The notes under the pieces: model-generated
Told to the model about the DNA's origin: nothing
Seen by the model: only the letters and a program-made list of their open reading frames with translations
Database searches by the model: none
Part shown: in pieces, positions 1 through 11,752 of the stretch
Layout: each line of letters begins with the position of its first letter
How positions within the stretch are numbered: position 1 is the stretch's first letter
Program-made: the position numbers and the translations under genes
NCBI GenBank assembly: GCA_027320085.1
Contig: DAHVLZ010000019.1
Location: 32,001-96,000, forward strand
Origin: Pseudomonadota bacterium
Lineage (GTDB): Bacteria > Pseudomonadota > Gammaproteobacteria > JAKAQQ01
Length of the DNA stretch: 64,000 nucleotides
Reading direction: 5' to 3'

Positions 1-159
1 CGCACCGATGTGCCGGCCCTGGGATTCCAGGGACACCCGGAAGCCAGCCCCGGCCCACACGATGCGGCTGGCTTGTTTGACCAGTTCCTGGGACTCCTCA
101 CGGGATCCGGCACGAATGCGGGGAACGGACGGGAAGGCACACATGCCCAGACGGACTGA
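1..159 (+). CDS. carA: carbamoyl-phosphate synthase small subunit, 3' end (partial)
   Basis: Frame 1 reads [21 protein letters not shown]...QTD*, the CarA C-terminal FQGHPE motif; overlaps carB start. Not in ORF track. Confidence 0.93.
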   Translation, partial: RTDVPALGFQGHPEASPGPHDAAGLFDQFLGLLTGSGTNAGNGREGTHAQTD

Positions 160-3100
160 TCTCGAAAGCATTCTCGTGATCGGGGCTGGCCCGATTGTCA
201 TCGGGCAGGCCTGTGAATTCGACTATTCGGGTACCCAGGCCCTGAAGGCGCTTCGGGAGGAGGGATACCGGGTCATTCTGGTCAATTCGAATCCGGCCAC
301 GATCATGACCGATCCGGAGATCGCCGATGCCGTCTACATCGAGCCCATTCGATGGCCGACCCTCGCCCGGATCATTGAGCGCGAGCGGCCCTCCGCACTC
401 CTGCCGACCATGGGCGGACAGACGGCGCTCAATACCGCCCTGGACCTTGTGCGTGAGGGCGTGCTGGGCGAGGCGGGCGTTGAACTCATAGGCGCCTCCC
501 GTGCCGCGATCGATATTGCGGAGGACCGGGAGCGGTTCAAACGGGCCATGACGGAGATCGGTCTCCTCACCCCGCGTTCGGGCCTCGCCCATTCGCTCGA
601 TGAGGCATTGGTCATCCAGAAAGAAATCGGATTTCCGACCGTGATCCGGCCGTCCTTTACGTTGGGGGGCTCGGGAGGAGGGATTGCCTACAACCGGGAG
701 GAGTTCGTCGCGATTGCCGAGAGCGGTCTATCCCAGTCGCCGACAGGAGAAATCCTGGTTGAGGCCTCGCTGCTCGGGTGGAAGGAGTTCGAGCTCGAAG
801 TGGTGCGGGACCGCCACGACAACTGCATTATCGTCTGCACCATCGAAAACCTGGACCCCATGGGCGTTCACACGGGAGACTCGATCACCGTGGCGCCAGC
901 GCTCACCCTGACGGACAAGGAAGCGCAACGCCTGCGGGATGATGCCATCGCCGTCCTCCGCAAGGTCGGGGTGGAAACGGGTGGATCCAACGTCCAGTTC
1001 GCCATCCATCCCCGGACCGGCGAGATTCACGTCATCGAAATGAATCCCCGGGTCTCGCGTTCCTCGGCCCTGGCATCCAAGGCCACGGGCTTTCCGATCG
1101 CCCGCGTCGCGGCCAAGCTCGCGGTTGGCTATACCCTGGACGAACTCAAGAATGAGATTACCGCCGGGCGTACACCGGCCTCGTTCGAACCGACGATTGA
1201 TTACGTTGTGACCAAGATCCCCCGCTTTAATTTCGAGAAATTCCCCGAAGCGTCGGACCGGTTGTCGACCCAGATGCGCGCCGTGGGTGAGGTCATGGCA
1301 ATCGGGAGCACGTTCGCCGAATCCCTGCAGAAAGCCCTGCGGGGTCTTGAGATCGGGGACGACGGTCTCGTTCCACGGATGCCGGCCGGACCGCTGGGCC
1401 CTGACGAGCGGGAACGCCTGATCCGGGAATTGCGGGTTCCCGGTCCCGAGCGGCTGTGGTATGTGGCCGATGCCTTTCGCCAGGACTGGACGTGCGAGGA
1501 AGTCTCCGAGCTCACGGCGATCGATCCCTGGTTCCTCGATCAGATTTGTTCACTGGTGGCCGAGGAACGGCAAGTGGTCCAAGCCGGTCTTTCCAGCCTG
1601 GATGGAGAACGCTTGCGGGCCCTCAAACGCATGGGCTTTTCCGACAGCCGGCTGGCCCACCTCGTCGGATCCACGGAATCCGAGATCCGCCAACTGCGGA
1701 CCGCACGGGGCATCCGCCCGGTCTACAAGCGGGTCGATTCCTGTGCAGCCGAGTTCCCAACCGAGACCGCTTACCTCTACTCAACGTACGAGGAGGAATG
1801 CGAGGCCTGCCCGACCTCGCGGCCCAAGATCATGATCCTGGGCGGGGGACCCAACCGGATTGGACAAGGTATTGAGTTCGACTATTGCTGTGTTCACGCC
1901 GTCCAGGCATTGCGGGAGGAGGGCTTTGAGACCCTCATGGTGAATTGCAATCCGGAGACCGTCTCCACCGACTACGATGTGGCGGACCGGTTGTATTTTG
2001 AACCGCTGACGCTCGAGGATGTGCTCGCCATTATCGAGACCGAACGCCCGCTCGGCGTCATCGTCCAATACGGCGGGCAGACCCCGCTCAAGCTCGCTCT
2101 GCCGCTGGCCAAAGCCGGTGTGACCCTGCTCGGTACCCCGGCGGATTCCATCGACCTGTCCGAGGATCGCGAACGCTTCAAGCAACTGGTCGCCGAGGTG
2201 GAGCTCCGACAACCGGCCAACCGGACCGTCCGAACGGCCGGAGAGGCCCGAGGGGCGGCCGAGGCACTCGGATTTCCGTTGCTGGCCCGGCCCTCCTACG
2301 TGCTGGGCGGACGCGCGATGGAGGTGCTTTTCAAGTTTTCCGAGCTCGATGATTACATGGCGCGGGTCGAGCGAACTCCGCAGGCCCTGCCTGTCCTCTT
2401 GGACCGCTACCTCGATCACGCAACCGAGGTGGACGTGGATGCAGTCGCGGATGGGACGGATGTCCTGATCGGCGGCATCATGGAGCATGTGGAACAGGCT
2501 GGAGTTCATTCGGGAGATTCGGCCTGTTCACTGCCTCCCCACCACCTCTCCCCCGAACTCCAGGATGTGCTCCGGAAGCAAACCACGGCCTTGGCCCTCC
2601 GCCTGGGTGTACGGGGACTCATGAACGTCCAGTTTGCCGTTCAGGATGGTGAGATCTACCTGATTGAAGTCAACCCGCGTGCGTCACGGACCGTTCCCTT
2701 CGTTTCCAAGGCGACGGGGTTGCCCCTGGCGAAGATCGCGGCACGGGTCATGGCAGGCAAGTCCTTGGCCGAGTTGGGGGTCCGAAGTGCGACGTCTTCC
2801 CGGCACTACGCCGTCAAGATGCCGGTTTTCCCGTTCGTCAAGTTCCAGGGTGCTGATCCCATTCTCGGCCCGGAAATGAAATCAACCGGCGAGGTGATGG
2901 GTTTTGGCCGCCATTTTGCCGAGGCTTATGCGAAAGCACAACGCGCGGCCGGGGTCGAACCACCGGACGCCGGAACCGTTCTGATCTCGGTCCGGAACTC
3001 CGACAAATCGGCTGCCGTGGATCTTGCGCGTGGCCTGGCCGAACGGGGATTCAGCCTCATTGCCACCCGGGGAACCGCAACCACGCTCCAGGCGGCCGGA

Positions 3101-3373
3101 TTGTCCTGCCGGGCGGTCAACAAGGTACGCGAAGGACGACCGCACGTGGTGGATCTCATCATCGACGGGGACATTGATCTCATCGTGAATACCACCGAGG
3201 GTCGTGAGGCCATCGCGGAGTCGCGTTCCATCCGGCGGGAGGCTGTTCACCATAAAATCGCCTACTATACGAGCGTGGAGGCTGCGCATGCGATGCTGAC
3301 CGCCCGGATTCACCGTGGGGAGAATGCGGTCTGCCCGCTCCATTTGTGGCTTGATGATGGAGGTTCCCGTTGA
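143..3373 (+). CDS. carB: carbamoyl-phosphate synthase large subunit
   Basis: [30 protein letters not shown] start, two ATP-grasp halves ([19 protein letters not shown]), MGS domain; start moved to ATG 143. Confidence 0.98.
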   Translation: MPRRTDLESILVIGAGPIVIGQACEFDYSGTQALKALREEGYRVILVNSNPATIMTDPEIADAVYIEPIRWPTLARIIERERPSALLPTMGGQTALNTALDLVREGVLGEAGVELIGASRAAIDIAEDRERFKRAMTEIGLLTPRSGLAHSLDEALVIQKEIGFPTVIRPSFTLGGSGGGIAYNREEFVAIAESGLSQSPTGEILVEASLLGWKEFELEVVRDRHDNCIIVCTIENLDPMGVHTGDSITVAPALTLTDKEAQRLRDDAIAVLRKVGVETGGSNVQFAIHPRTGEIHVIEMNPRVSRSSALASKATGFPIARVAAKLAVGYTLDELKNEITAGRTPASFEPTIDYVVTKIPRFNFEKFPEASDRLSTQMRAVGEVMAIGSTFAESLQKALRGLEIGDDGLVPRMPAGPLGPDERERLIRELRVPGPERLWYVADAFRQDWTCEEVSELTAIDPWFLDQICSLVAEERQVVQAGLSSLDGERLRALKRMGFSDSRLAHLVGSTESEIRQLRTARGIRPVYKRVDSCAAEFPTETAYLYSTYEEECEACPTSRPKIMILGGGPNRIGQGIEFDYCCVHAVQALREEGFETLMVNCNPETVSTDYDVADRLYFEPLTLEDVLAIIETERPLGVIVQYGGQTPLKLALPLAKAGVTLLGTPADSIDLSEDRERFKQLVAEVELRQPANRTVRTAGEARGAAEALGFPLLARPSYVLGGRAMEVLFKFSELDDYMARVERTPQALPVLLDRYLDHATEVDVDAVADGTDVLIGGIMEHVEQAGVHSGDSACSLPPHHLSPELQDVLRKQTTALALRLGVRGLMNVQFAVQDGEIYLIEVNPRASRTVPFVSKATGLPLAKIAARVMAGKSLAELGVRSATSSRHYAVKMPVFPFVKFQGADPILGPEMKSTGEVMGFGRHFAEAYAKAQRAAGVEPPDAGTVLISVRNSDKSAAVDLARGLAERGFSLIATRGTATTLQAAGLSCRAVNKVREGRPHVVDLIIDGDIDLIVNTTEGREAIAESRSIRREAVHHKIAYYTSVEAAHAMLTARIHRGENAVCPLHLWLDDGGSR

Positions 3374-3864
3374 ATCCCCCAGGAGCACCGACCCGTTACC
3401 CGATGACGCAACGTGGAGCCGAGCGGTTGCGCGAGGAACTCAAGCGGCTCAAGGGAATCGAGCGTCCCCGCATCGTGGCAGCCATCGCCGAGGCGCGAGC
3501 GCATGGCGATCTTCGTGAAAATGCCGAATATCACGCCGCGCGCGAACAGCAAAGCTTTGTCGAGGGTCGAATCCGGGAAATCGAGGAGCGATTATCGAAT
3601 GCGGATGTCATCGATCTCCGGGACCGGGAGCCGGATGGCCGTGTGGTCTTTGGGGCAACCGTGATTGTCGAGGATACGGTCCGGCATGAACGGATCCGCT
3701 ATGAAATCGTGGGAGTCGATGAGGCGGAACTGGAACAGGGGCGGCTGTCCCACACCTCGCCCTTGGCCCGGGCCCTGATCGGCCGCGAGGAAGGGGACGC
3801 CGTGGAAGTGGTGGTTCCGGGAGGGATGCTTCATCTCGAGATCGTCGAGGTTCGCTACGAGTAG
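3370..3864 (+). CDS. greA: transcription elongation factor GreA
   Basis: [36 protein letters not shown] motifs; follows carB. Start TTG 3370 or ATG 3403. Confidence 0.96.
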   Translation: MNPPGAPTRYPMTQRGAERLREELKRLKGIERPRIVAAIAEARAHGDLRENAEYHAAREQQSFVEGRIREIEERLSNADVIDLRDREPDGRVVFGATVIVEDTVRHERIRYEIVGVDEAELEQGRLSHTSPLARALIGREEGDAVEVVVPGGMLHLEIVEVRYE

Positions 3865-3912
3865 GGGAGCCCGGGGGCTCACCGGGGCGGGTCATGGGAG
3901 TGCCCGTCTCCC

Positions 3913-4539
3913 ATGACCCGCCGTTCCACCCGCGGCTGGTTGTCGCGCCACCGGAAGGATCCCTATGTCCGCAAGGCCCGACAGGAAGGATTCCGGACCC
4001 GGGCCAGCTTCAAGCTCGCGGAGATCGATCGGCAAGAAAGGCTCGTCCCGGCCAGCGGGCTGGTTCTCGATCTCGGTGCGGCACCCGGAGGCTGGAGCCA
4101 GTACGTTCGCCGGCGCATGACGGGCGGAGGACGCCTTGTGGCCATTGATCGCCTGCCCCTGAGTCCGCTTCCCGGCGTGGAATCGCTCGTGGCTGATCTT
4201 GAGGATACGGACGGAGTGACCGGGCAACTTGAGACACTGGGTCTCGAGCGCGGCAGTGCAGCCCTCGTCCTGTCGGACATGGCACCCAACCTGACCGGTG
4301 ACCGCGTGGTCGACCAGGCCCACATGCTCACGCTCGGCCTGGCGGCGCTCGCTCTGGCCCGGATCTGGCTCGGGGCACGGGGCGCACTACTGATGAAATT
4401 CTTCCAGGGACCGGAGTGTGCCCACATGCAAAAGATGCTCGAAGAGGGCTTCGTTCGAGTCAAAATCCTGAAGCCCCAGGCCTCGCGCGCAGCGAGCGCC
4501 GAGCTCTACCTTTTGGCGCGGGATCCGCGCTTGGTGTAG
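3913..4539 (+). CDS. rlmE: 23S rRNA Um2552 methyltransferase
   Basis: DPYVRKA, DLGAAPGGWSQ, LSDMAPNLTG, KPQASR..S.E.Y; upstream of ftsH. Confidence 0.96.
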   Translation: MTRRSTRGWLSRHRKDPYVRKARQEGFRTRASFKLAEIDRQERLVPASGLVLDLGAAPGGWSQYVRRRMTGGGRLVAIDRLPLSPLPGVESLVADLEDTDGVTGQLETLGLERGSAALVLSDMAPNLTGDRVVDQAHMLTLGLAALALARIWLGARGALLMKFFQGPECAHMQKMLEEGFVRVKILKPQASRAASAELYLLARDPRLV

Positions 4540-4602
4540 GCTAATGGGGCTGAAGGAGTCGCCCCATGCGATCCGGGGATTCGGCAGCGGAGGTGAGTAG
4601 AC

Positions 4603-6525
4603 GTGAATGAACGGTTAAAGACGGCTTTGCTGTGGGCGCTGGTCTTGGCGGCCCTGTTTTTCTTTGTCATGCATTTCGGCCAGAGCCCGAAAACGACGCA
4701 GTCGATCACCTTCTCCCAGTTCATGCGGGACGTGCGTCACCATGACGTGACGGCCGTGACCCTGCAGGAGAGCCGGATCAGCGGCCAGTTGTCCTCGGGA
4801 ACCGCATTCGAGACCTATAACCCGCAGACCGACAATACCCAGCTCATCGCCGAACTCGATCGGGACCACATCCGCATCATCGGCAAACCCCCCCCTCAAC
4901 CCTCCTTTTTCATGACCTTTCTCGAGGATGTGCTGCCGTTCGTCCTCCTGCTGGGTCTTTGGTGGTGGCTCATGCGCAGCATGATGCAGGGAGCAGGTGG
5001 TCGGGGTGCCTTGTCCTTCGGTAAAAGCCGGGCCCGTCTCATGACAGAGGATCAGGTGCGGATCACCTTCAGTGATGTCGCCGGGGTCGACGAGGCCAAG
5101 TCGGAGGTCATGGAACTGGTTGATTTTCTGAAGGATCCGGGGAAGTTCCAGCGTTTGGGTGGACGCATTCCGCGGGGGGTCCTGCTGGTCGGTTCGCCGG
5201 GCACGGGCAAGACGCTCCTGGCCAAGGCCATCGCAGGCGAGGCCAAGGTGCCTTTCTTCAGTATCTCCGGGTCGGATTTCGTGGAGATGTTTGTCGGTGT
5301 CGGTGCCTCGCGGGTGCGCGACATGTTCGAACAGGCCAAAAAGCATGCTCCCTGCATTGTCTTTATTGATGAGATCGATGCGGTTGGCCGTCATCGCGGT
5401 GCCGGACTGGGTGGCGGACACGACGAACTCGAGCAGACCCTGAACCAGCTCCTCGTCGAAATGGATGGATTTTCGGGGAACGAAGGGGTGATCGTGATTG
5501 CTGCGACCAACCGTCCCGATGTGCTGGATCCGGCCCTGCTCCGGCCTGGCCGCTTCGACCGCCAGGTGATCGTTCCCCTGCCGGACGTCCGGGGGCGGGA
5601 GCAGATCGTCCGGGTGCACATGCGGCGCCTGCCGGTTGCCGATGATGTCCGTCCGGAAATCATCGCCCGCGGCACGCCCGGCTTTTCCGGCGCCGACCTC
5701 ATGAACCTCGTCAATGAGGCAGCCTTGATCGCGGCCCATAAGAACTCGCGATCGGTTGCCATGGCGGATTTCGAACGCGCCAAGGATAAGATCTTGATGG
5801 GGATCGAACGACGTTCGATGGTCATGAGCGAGAAAGAGAAACGGCTGACGGCCTATCACGAGGCCGGGCACGCCATTGTCGGGCTCAATGTTCCGGATCA
5901 TGATCCCGTCTACAAGGTCAGTATCATTCCCCGCGGCCGGGCCCTCGGGGTGACCATGTTTCTTCCCGAGACCGACCGCTACAGCTTGAGCAAGCAGCGT
6001 CTCGAGAGCCAGATCAGTAGCCTGTACGGAGGACGGATGGCGGAAGAGATCGTCTTTGGTCCGGACCAGGTCACCACGGGGGCGTCCAATGACATCGAGC
6101 GCGCCACCGAGATCGCCCGCAATATGGTCACCAAGTGGGGACTGTCGGACCGTCTGGGCCCACAGGCCTACAGCGAGGAGGAAGGCGAGGTGTTTTTGGG
6201 TCATGCGGTATCGCGACACAAGCAGGTTTCGGATGAGACGACCCACGTCATCGACGAGGAGGTGCGTACAATCATCGGCCGGAACTACGAGCGGGCCCGA
6301 GCGATTCTCATCAGCCATCGGGACCAGCTGGATCTCATGGCCGAGGCACTCGTCAAGTATGAGACCATCGATGACGCTCAAATCCGTGACATTCTCGCGG
6401 GCAAGGTTCCCCGCCCACCAGCGGGCTGGAATGATATGGGTGGTTCCCCGGCGGTTGCCACGCCGGTTCCTCCTGGAGGAGCACCCAAGGAAGGGACCAT
6501 CGGAGGTCCCGCCAGTCAGCACTGA
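4603..6525 (+). CDS. ftsH: ATP-dependent zinc metalloprotease FtsH
   Basis: Two N-terminal TMs, Walker [18 protein letters not shown] pore loop, [18 protein letters not shown] zinc motif. Confidence 0.98.
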   Translation: MNERLKTALLWALVLAALFFFVMHFGQSPKTTQSITFSQFMRDVRHHDVTAVTLQESRISGQLSSGTAFETYNPQTDNTQLIAELDRDHIRIIGKPPPQPSFFMTFLEDVLPFVLLLGLWWWLMRSMMQGAGGRGALSFGKSRARLMTEDQVRITFSDVAGVDEAKSEVMELVDFLKDPGKFQRLGGRIPRGVLLVGSPGTGKTLLAKAIAGEAKVPFFSISGSDFVEMFVGVGASRVRDMFEQAKKHAPCIVFIDEIDAVGRHRGAGLGGGHDELEQTLNQLLVEMDGFSGNEGVIVIAATNRPDVLDPALLRPGRFDRQVIVPLPDVRGREQIVRVHMRRLPVADDVRPEIIARGTPGFSGADLMNLVNEAALIAAHKNSRSVAMADFERAKDKILMGIERRSMVMSEKEKRLTAYHEAGHAIVGLNVPDHDPVYKVSIIPRGRALGVTMFLPETDRYSLSKQRLESQISSLYGGRMAEEIVFGPDQVTTGASNDIERATEIARNMVTKWGLSDRLGPQAYSEEEGEVFLGHAVSRHKQVSDETTHVIDEEVRTIIGRNYERARAILISHRDQLDLMAEALVKYETIDDAQIRDILAGKVPRPPAGWNDMGGSPAVATPVPPGGAPKEGTIGGPASQH

Positions 6526-6534
6526 TCGCATCCG

Positions 6535-7365
6535 ATGCGCTGGGCGACACTGGATTGCTCCCGACCGCGGATCGTGGGGATCCTTAATGTCACGCCCGAC
6601 TCCTTTTATGACGGTGGGAAAAACCGGACCGTAGAAGCGGCCTGTCGACGGGCGGCCGACCTGGTCGAACAGGGGGCGGATTTTATCGAGATCGGAGGTG
6701 AGTCGACCCGACCGGGAGCACAGCCGGTGTCCCTCGAGGAGGAGCGGGGACGGGTGATTCCGGTTGTGCGAGCGCTGGTCTCCCGGGGGATCCCACTGAT
6801 CGTGGATACCAGCCAGCCGGCCCTGATGGCCGAGGCCATTGAGTCTGGGGTGATTGCGATCAACGATGTCCGGGCCCTGGAACGGCCGGGGGCGTGCGAG
6901 ATCGTCGCCCGGAGCGGGGTCGCGGTTTGCCTCATGCACATGCAGGGTACTCCGCCCACGATGCAGGAAGCCCCGGCTTATGGAGAGGTTGTGGCCGAGG
7001 TACGGTCTGCACTCATCGGTTTTGTCGAGCGGGCGCAGGCAGCCGGCGTCGAAAATGACCAGATCGCCATTGATCCGGGGTTCGGGTTTGGAAAAACACC
7101 CGCCCACAACCTGACCCTCCTGCGCAAGCTTCGGACTTTTGTCGGACTGGGATTCCCCCTCATGGTGGGGCTATCCCGGAAGTCGTTGATTGGCCATCTC
7201 ACCGGACGCCCCTTGGATGAACGCCTGGCGGGCAGTGTGGCCGCCGCGCTCATGGCACTCGAGGCGGGGGCTCGTCTCATCCGCGTTCATGATGTGGCCG
7301 AAACTCGGGATGCGATCCGTATTTGGGAGGCGATACATGACGACGAGCCCTCGGCTGCCGCCTGA
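6535..7365 (+). CDS. folP: dihydropteroate synthase
   Basis: GILNVTPDSFYDGG, GGESTRPGA, DPGFGFGK, GLSRKS, RVHDV. Confidence 0.97.
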   Translation: MRWATLDCSRPRIVGILNVTPDSFYDGGKNRTVEAACRRAADLVEQGADFIEIGGESTRPGAQPVSLEEERGRVIPVVRALVSRGIPLIVDTSQPALMAEAIESGVIAINDVRALERPGACEIVARSGVAVCLMHMQGTPPTMQEAPAYGEVVAEVRSALIGFVERAQAAGVENDQIAIDPGFGFGKTPAHNLTLLRKLRTFVGLGFPLMVGLSRKSLIGHLTGRPLDERLAGSVAAALMALEAGARLIRVHDVAETRDAIRIWEAIHDDEPSAAA

Positions 7366-8758
7366 ATCGCCCCGGCCCAAGGATACAGCGGGCAAACCGG
7401 GTAGTCGGGCCGGGCACCTGTTTGGAACCGATGGCATCCGCGGGCGTGTCGGGCTCGAGCCCATGATACCCGAGACGGTGCTCAGGCTGGGCTGGGCCGC
7501 CGGCCGCGTCCTCGCCTCAAGGGACCGGACCGGTCGTGGGGTCGTGATCGGCAAGGATACCCGCAACTCGGGTTACCTGTTCGAGTCGGCACTGGAGGCG
7601 GGTCTCTCTGCCGCAGGGGTATCGGTTTTCTTGCTGGGTCCGTTTCCCACCCCGGGTGTATCCTTTGCCACGAACCGGCTCGGGGGGGCTGCGGGAATCG
7701 TCATCAGCGCTTCCCATAACCCCTACATCGACAACGGCATCAAATTTTTTGGTCCGGATGGCAAGAAACTCCCGGATGCCGTCGAACAGGCCATCGAGGC
7801 CCAGCTGGCTGAGCCCTTGGTTCCGGTTCCCGTCGCCGAGCTGGGGCAGGTCCGGAGACCCGAGGGAATCCGGGAGGACTACCTGGATTTCTGCTGTGCG
7901 TCACTACCGGACGGGATGGTCCTTCAGGGGCTCACCTTGGTTGTCGATTGCGCCCATGGGGCGACCTACCGGCTGGCGCCCGCACTTTTTGAGCGCTTGG
8001 GAGCACGGGTGATCGCTCTGGGTGTCCAACCGGATGGACTGAATATCAATGCGGGTGTAGGTTCTCTCCACCCGGAAATCCTGTCTCAAACCGTGCGTCG
8101 CGAGGGTGCAGACTGTGGCATCGCCTTTGACGGTGATGGCGATCGGGTCATTTTTGTCGACCCCAGGGGTGAGATCGTCGATGGAGACGGGCTGCTATAT
8201 GTACTCGCCATGGATCGGTTGGAAGAGCGCCGGCTCGAGGGTCCGGTGGTGGGAACCCTCATGAGCAATCTCGGACTGGAAGAGAGCTTGGGCCGTCACG
8301 GAATTCGGTTCTGCCGCAGTGCCGTGGGAGACCGTCATGTTTTGGCATGCCTGGAGCGGGAGGGAGGGGTGCTGGGCGGCGAAAGCTCGGGACACCTCAT
8401 CCATCTTGATCTCGCGCCGGCGGGAGATGGGCTGCTTTCGGCCCTGCAGGTCCTGCGTGCCATGTGGCGGCAGGGGCGGGGGCTCGACGAGTTGTGCCGG
8501 AATCTCCACCGTTATCCCCAGAGGATGGTCAACGTGCCGTGGCCGAAGGGCGTTCCGGTTCCGACCGAATCGATCCTGGGTCCCGATTACGAGCGTGCCC
8601 GCGGTTTTATTGGAGAACCGTCCCGGATCCTGATCCGTCCTTCCGGCACGGAGTCGGTTGTGCGGATCCTGGTCGAGGGCGGGGATGGACGGGGACTCGA
8701 GCCGGCCCTCACCCACCTGGTCGGGCGCCTGTGTGATCTTCGGGATCAGGCCTCATGA
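7337..8758 (+). CDS. glmM: phosphoglucosamine mutase
   Basis: LFGTDGIRG, ISASHNP, FDGDGDR, GGESSGH, RPSGTE; start uncertain (ATG 7337). Confidence 0.96.
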   Translation: MTTSPRLPPESPRPKDTAGKPGSRAGHLFGTDGIRGRVGLEPMIPETVLRLGWAAGRVLASRDRTGRGVVIGKDTRNSGYLFESALEAGLSAAGVSVFLLGPFPTPGVSFATNRLGGAAGIVISASHNPYIDNGIKFFGPDGKKLPDAVEQAIEAQLAEPLVPVPVAELGQVRRPEGIREDYLDFCCASLPDGMVLQGLTLVVDCAHGATYRLAPALFERLGARVIALGVQPDGLNINAGVGSLHPEILSQTVRREGADCGIAFDGDGDRVIFVDPRGEIVDGDGLLYVLAMDRLEERRLEGPVVGTLMSNLGLEESLGRHGIRFCRSAVGDRHVLACLEREGGVLGGESSGHLIHLDLAPAGDGLLSALQVLRAMWRQGRGLDELCRNLHRYPQRMVNVPWPKGVPVPTESILGPDYERARGFIGEPSRILIRPSGTESVVRILVEGGDGRGLEPALTHLVGRLCDLRDQAS

Positions 8759-9540
8759 CCCCGGGCCATCCACGCCGTCGCAAGGTGATGATCGCCAACT
8801 GGAAACTCAATGGATCCGCAGAAAGTGTTGGGACCTGGATCGAGACCATGAGCCCACTCGCCGAAGAGGGGGTATTGGACATTATTTTGATGCCGCCTGC
8901 GCTTTGGATGGAACGGGCCCGGACGCAGCTGGCCCGTCATCCATCCCGTTTGATGCTGGGTGCCCAGAATGTCGCCGCCTGGGAACAGGGAGCCTATACC
9001 GGAGAGATCAGTGCCCACATGCTGGCCGAGGCCGGGGCCCGCTATGCCTTGGTCGGGCATTCGGAGCGACGGCTGCTTTTTGGCGAAACGGACGACGTGG
9101 TGTCCCAGAAACTGGCTCGCTGCCGGACGGCCGGGTTGTCTCCGGTTCTCTGTATTGGGGAGACCGGGCGCGAGCGGGAGGCAGCTGAGACCGACTGTGT
9201 GCTGAAACGCCAACTGGGGGCCGTGGAGGGCTGGGTCCCGCCGTCTCCGGGAAACCCCTTGTGGATTGCCTATGAACCGGTCTGGTCGATCGGTACGGGT
9301 CGGGCGGCCACCCCGGACCTGGTCGCGGCGGTTTTGGCCGGGATCCATAGCCATTGGGCTGGACTCAATGCTACAATTCACGATCGGCCCCGGCTTCTTT
9401 ATGGGGGCAGTGTCAGTTTGGCCAATGCGGCTTCGCTCATTGCCTTGGAAGCGGTCGATGGGCTTCTCGTCGGTGGCTCGTCAGTCAATCCCGAATCCTG
9501 TGCCGACTTGTGTCGGTCCATGATCCGGGCCCTGGATTGA
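8755..9540 (+). CDS. tpiA: triosephosphate isomerase
   Basis: ANWK, GHSERR, AYEPVWSIGTG, LYGGSV. Confidence 0.96.
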   Translation: MTPGHPRRRKVMIANWKLNGSAESVGTWIETMSPLAEEGVLDIILMPPALWMERARTQLARHPSRLMLGAQNVAAWEQGAYTGEISAHMLAEAGARYALVGHSERRLLFGETDDVVSQKLARCRTAGLSPVLCIGETGREREAAETDCVLKRQLGAVEGWVPPSPGNPLWIAYEPVWSIGTGRAATPDLVAAVLAGIHSHWAGLNATIHDRPRLLYGGSVSLANAASLIALEAVDGLLVGGSSVNPESCADLCRSMIRALD

Positions 9541-9575
9541 GCCCTCGAACAATTATCTGGGGGGACCCGTTTGCG

Positions 9576-9977
9576 ATGCTCCTGAAATTGCTGACAGCCT
9601 TTCAGTTTATCCTGGCGATCGTCCTGCTCGTCAGCATTTTGTTGCAGCACGGGAAAGGTGCTGATGCCGGTGCGGGGTTCGGGTCAGGAGCTTCGGGGAC
9701 GGTGTTCGGTGCCCGTGGGGCGGCGAACTTTCTGAGCCGTACAACAGCCATTGCGGCCCTGCTCTTCTTTGCCAACTGTGTGGCACTGACTTACTTGACC
9801 CAGTCGACGGGACCTTCGGCGCAGAGCCTGGTCCTGGGTGCGAAATCCCACCATCCCGTCCCCGCACGGGTCCCGCTCCCTGCGACCCCCAAGCCGGCAC
9901 CTGTGAAACCCTCGACCCCGTTACCGGTTCCGCACCGGGCAAAGCCGGCGTTGCCCGCGGGAGGTCCAGGTCGCTGA
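9576..9977 (+). CDS. secG: preprotein translocase subunit SecG
   Basis: LLQHGKGADAGAGFGSGASGTVFGARGAANFLSRTT; two TMs; between tpiA and tRNA-Leu. Confidence 0.95.
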   Translation: MLLKLLTAFQFILAIVLLVSILLQHGKGADAGAGFGSGASGTVFGARGAANFLSRTTAIAALLFFANCVALTYLTQSTGPSAQSLVLGAKSHHPVPARVPLPATPKPAPVKPSTPLPVPHRAKPALPAGGPGR

Positions 9978-9984
9978 CCGTTTG

Positions 9985-10069
9985 GCCGACGTGGTGGAAT
10001 TGGTAGACACGCCGTCTTGAGGGGGCGGTGGCGAAAGCCGTGTGAGTTCGAGTCTCACCGTCGGCACCA
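9985..10069 (+). tRNA. tRNA-Leu(GAG)
   Basis: GCCGACG...CGTCGGC-A-CCA acceptor, TGGTAGA D-loop, anticodon loop TT-GAG-GG, long variable arm, GTTCGAG T-loop. Confidence 0.96.
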
Positions 10070-10182
10070 GAATAGAACCCGTGAATCATAAAACCGGTCG
10101 AGCGGGGCCGGAATCGGGAAAACAAAACGTCCGGGTTCGGTTAAAATAACGGGCGAACCCAGGGTTCCCGCGGCTGGATTCC

Positions 10183-10539
10183 ATGTTGCCCAACTACCTC
10201 ACCGTTCTCGTTTATCTCTTGGTCGGCATCGTGATCGGCGGGGCGCTTCTCACGCTCGGCTTCCTGCTGGGTCCCAGACAGCCGGATGCCACCAAAGTCC
10301 AGCCCTACGAGTGCGGATTCGAGGCCTTTGAAGATGCCCGCATGAAATTCGAGGTGCGTTACTACCTCGTGGCCATTCTTTTCATCCTGTTTGATCTTGA
10401 GATTACCTTTCTATTTCCCTGGGCTGTGGCGCTGCGGCGGATCGGTTGGCCGGGATTCGGAGCCATGATGTTGTTTCTCCTCGTGCTGGTCGTGGGATTC
10501 CTCTACGAGTGGGGCAAAGGAGGGCTCGAATGGGAATGA
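10183..10539 (+). CDS. nuoA: NADH-quinone oxidoreductase subunit A
   Basis: [31 protein letters not shown]. Confidence 0.97.
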   Translation: MLPNYLTVLVYLLVGIVIGGALLTLGFLLGPRQPDATKVQPYECGFEAFEDARMKFEVRYYLVAILFILFDLEITFLFPWAVALRRIGWPGFGAMMLFLLVLVVGFLYEWGKGGLEWE

Positions 10540-11033
10540 GCGCAGAGCCGCTGCCGCCCCCTCTCGCGGGATTCGGCAGCCAGGGTTACGCCACGACCAC
10601 GCTTGATGCATTGATCAACTGGGCTCGTACCGGCTCGCTCTGGCCCATGACTTTCGGACTCGCTTGCTGTGCGGTCGAGATGATGCATGCGGGTGCCTCC
10701 CGTTACGATCTCGACCAGTTCGGAGTGATTTTCAGGCCGAGCCCCCGCCAGTCTGATGTCATGATCGTGGCCGGGACCCTGGTGAACAAGATGGCGCCTG
10801 CGCTCCGCCGCCTCTATGACCTGATGCCCGAACCGAAATGGGTCATTTCAATGGGCTCATGTGCCAATGGAGGCGGCTATTACCACTATTCCTACTCCGT
10901 GGTCCGAGGTTGCGACCGGATCATTCCGGTTGATGTCTATGTGCCGGGATGTCCTCCCACTGCCGAAGCCCTGATCTACGGCATCCTGCAGCTCCAAAGG
11001 AAGATCCGGCGCCAAAAAGCGCCGATTGGTTGA
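10536..11033 (+). CDS. nuoB: NADH-quinone oxidoreductase subunit B
   Basis: [25 protein letters not shown]; start ATG 10530 or 10536. Confidence 0.97.
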   Translation: MSAEPLPPPLAGFGSQGYATTTLDALINWARTGSLWPMTFGLACCAVEMMHAGASRYDLDQFGVIFRPSPRQSDVMIVAGTLVNKMAPALRRLYDLMPEPKWVISMGSCANGGGYYHYSYSVVRGCDRIIPVDVYVPGCPPTAEALIYGILQLQRKIRRQKAPIG

Positions 11034-11752
11034 TGGTCATGACGGACGGGTCCGTAGACGAGGGGCAGGAACTGTGCGAAGCGGTCCGGGCCCGCTGGCC
11101 TGAAGCCCGCGTGAGCCGGTCGGCGCGGGGCGAGGTGACTTGGTCACTCACCCCGGATACCCTCCTTTCCGTGGCCCGGGTGCTCCAAGGGGATCCCCGA
11201 TTCAGTTTTGAACAGCTGATGGATGTGACTGCTGTCGATTACCTGGCCTACGGAAAAGAGGATTGGGTAACGGAGACGGCAACCGCGACAGGTTTCAGCC
11301 GGGCCCGGGTGGCGGTCCAGGCTCCCGCAGTGCACCCGCCGATGGGGGGGCGGTTCGAGGTGGTCTACCATCTCCTCTCGGTGAGTCGGAACGAGCGGCT
11401 TCGCCTCAAGGTGGTCCTGTCTCCCGATTGCCCCCCCCTGGTCCCCTCGCTTACCGGAATCTGGGCTTCGGCGGACTGGTTTGAAAGAGAAGTTTTTGAT
11501 CTATTCGGGATTCTTTTCGAGGGTCACCCGGACCTGCGCCGGATCCTGACCGACTACGGTTTCATCGGCCATCCCTTCCGGAAGGATTTCCCCCTGTCGG
11601 GCGAGGTTGAGGTGCGTTACGACCCCGAATCGAGACGGGTAGTCTATGAGCCGGTCAGCATCACTCCCAGAACTCTGGTGCCCCGGGTCATCCGGAACGA
11701 TGCCCGCTATCAAAATACGGATCCCGGGAAGAAGGAACCCTCCCATGACTGA
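11033..11752 (+). CDS. nuoC: NADH-quinone oxidoreductase subunit C (unfused)
   Basis: [37 protein letters not shown]. Confidence 0.96.
   Translation: MVMTDGSVDEGQELCEAVRARWPEARVSRSARGEVTWSLTPDTLLSVARVLQGDPRFSFEQLMDVTAVDYLAYGKEDWVTETATATGFSRARVAVQAPAVHPPMGGRFEVVYHLLSVSRNERLRLKVVLSPDCPPLVPSLTGIWASADWFEREVFDLFGILFEGHPDLRRILTDYGFIGHPFRKDFPLSGEVEVRYDPESRRVVYEPVSITPRTLVPRVIRNDARYQNTDPGKKEPSHD

Noticed and set aside
8-142. N-terminal extension of CarB in the ORF track
   Set aside because: Region codes carA in another frame; CarB starts at 143.
4615-7107. 830-aa antisense ORF over ftsH-folP
   Set aside because: Shadow frame of high-GC coding sequence; no motifs.
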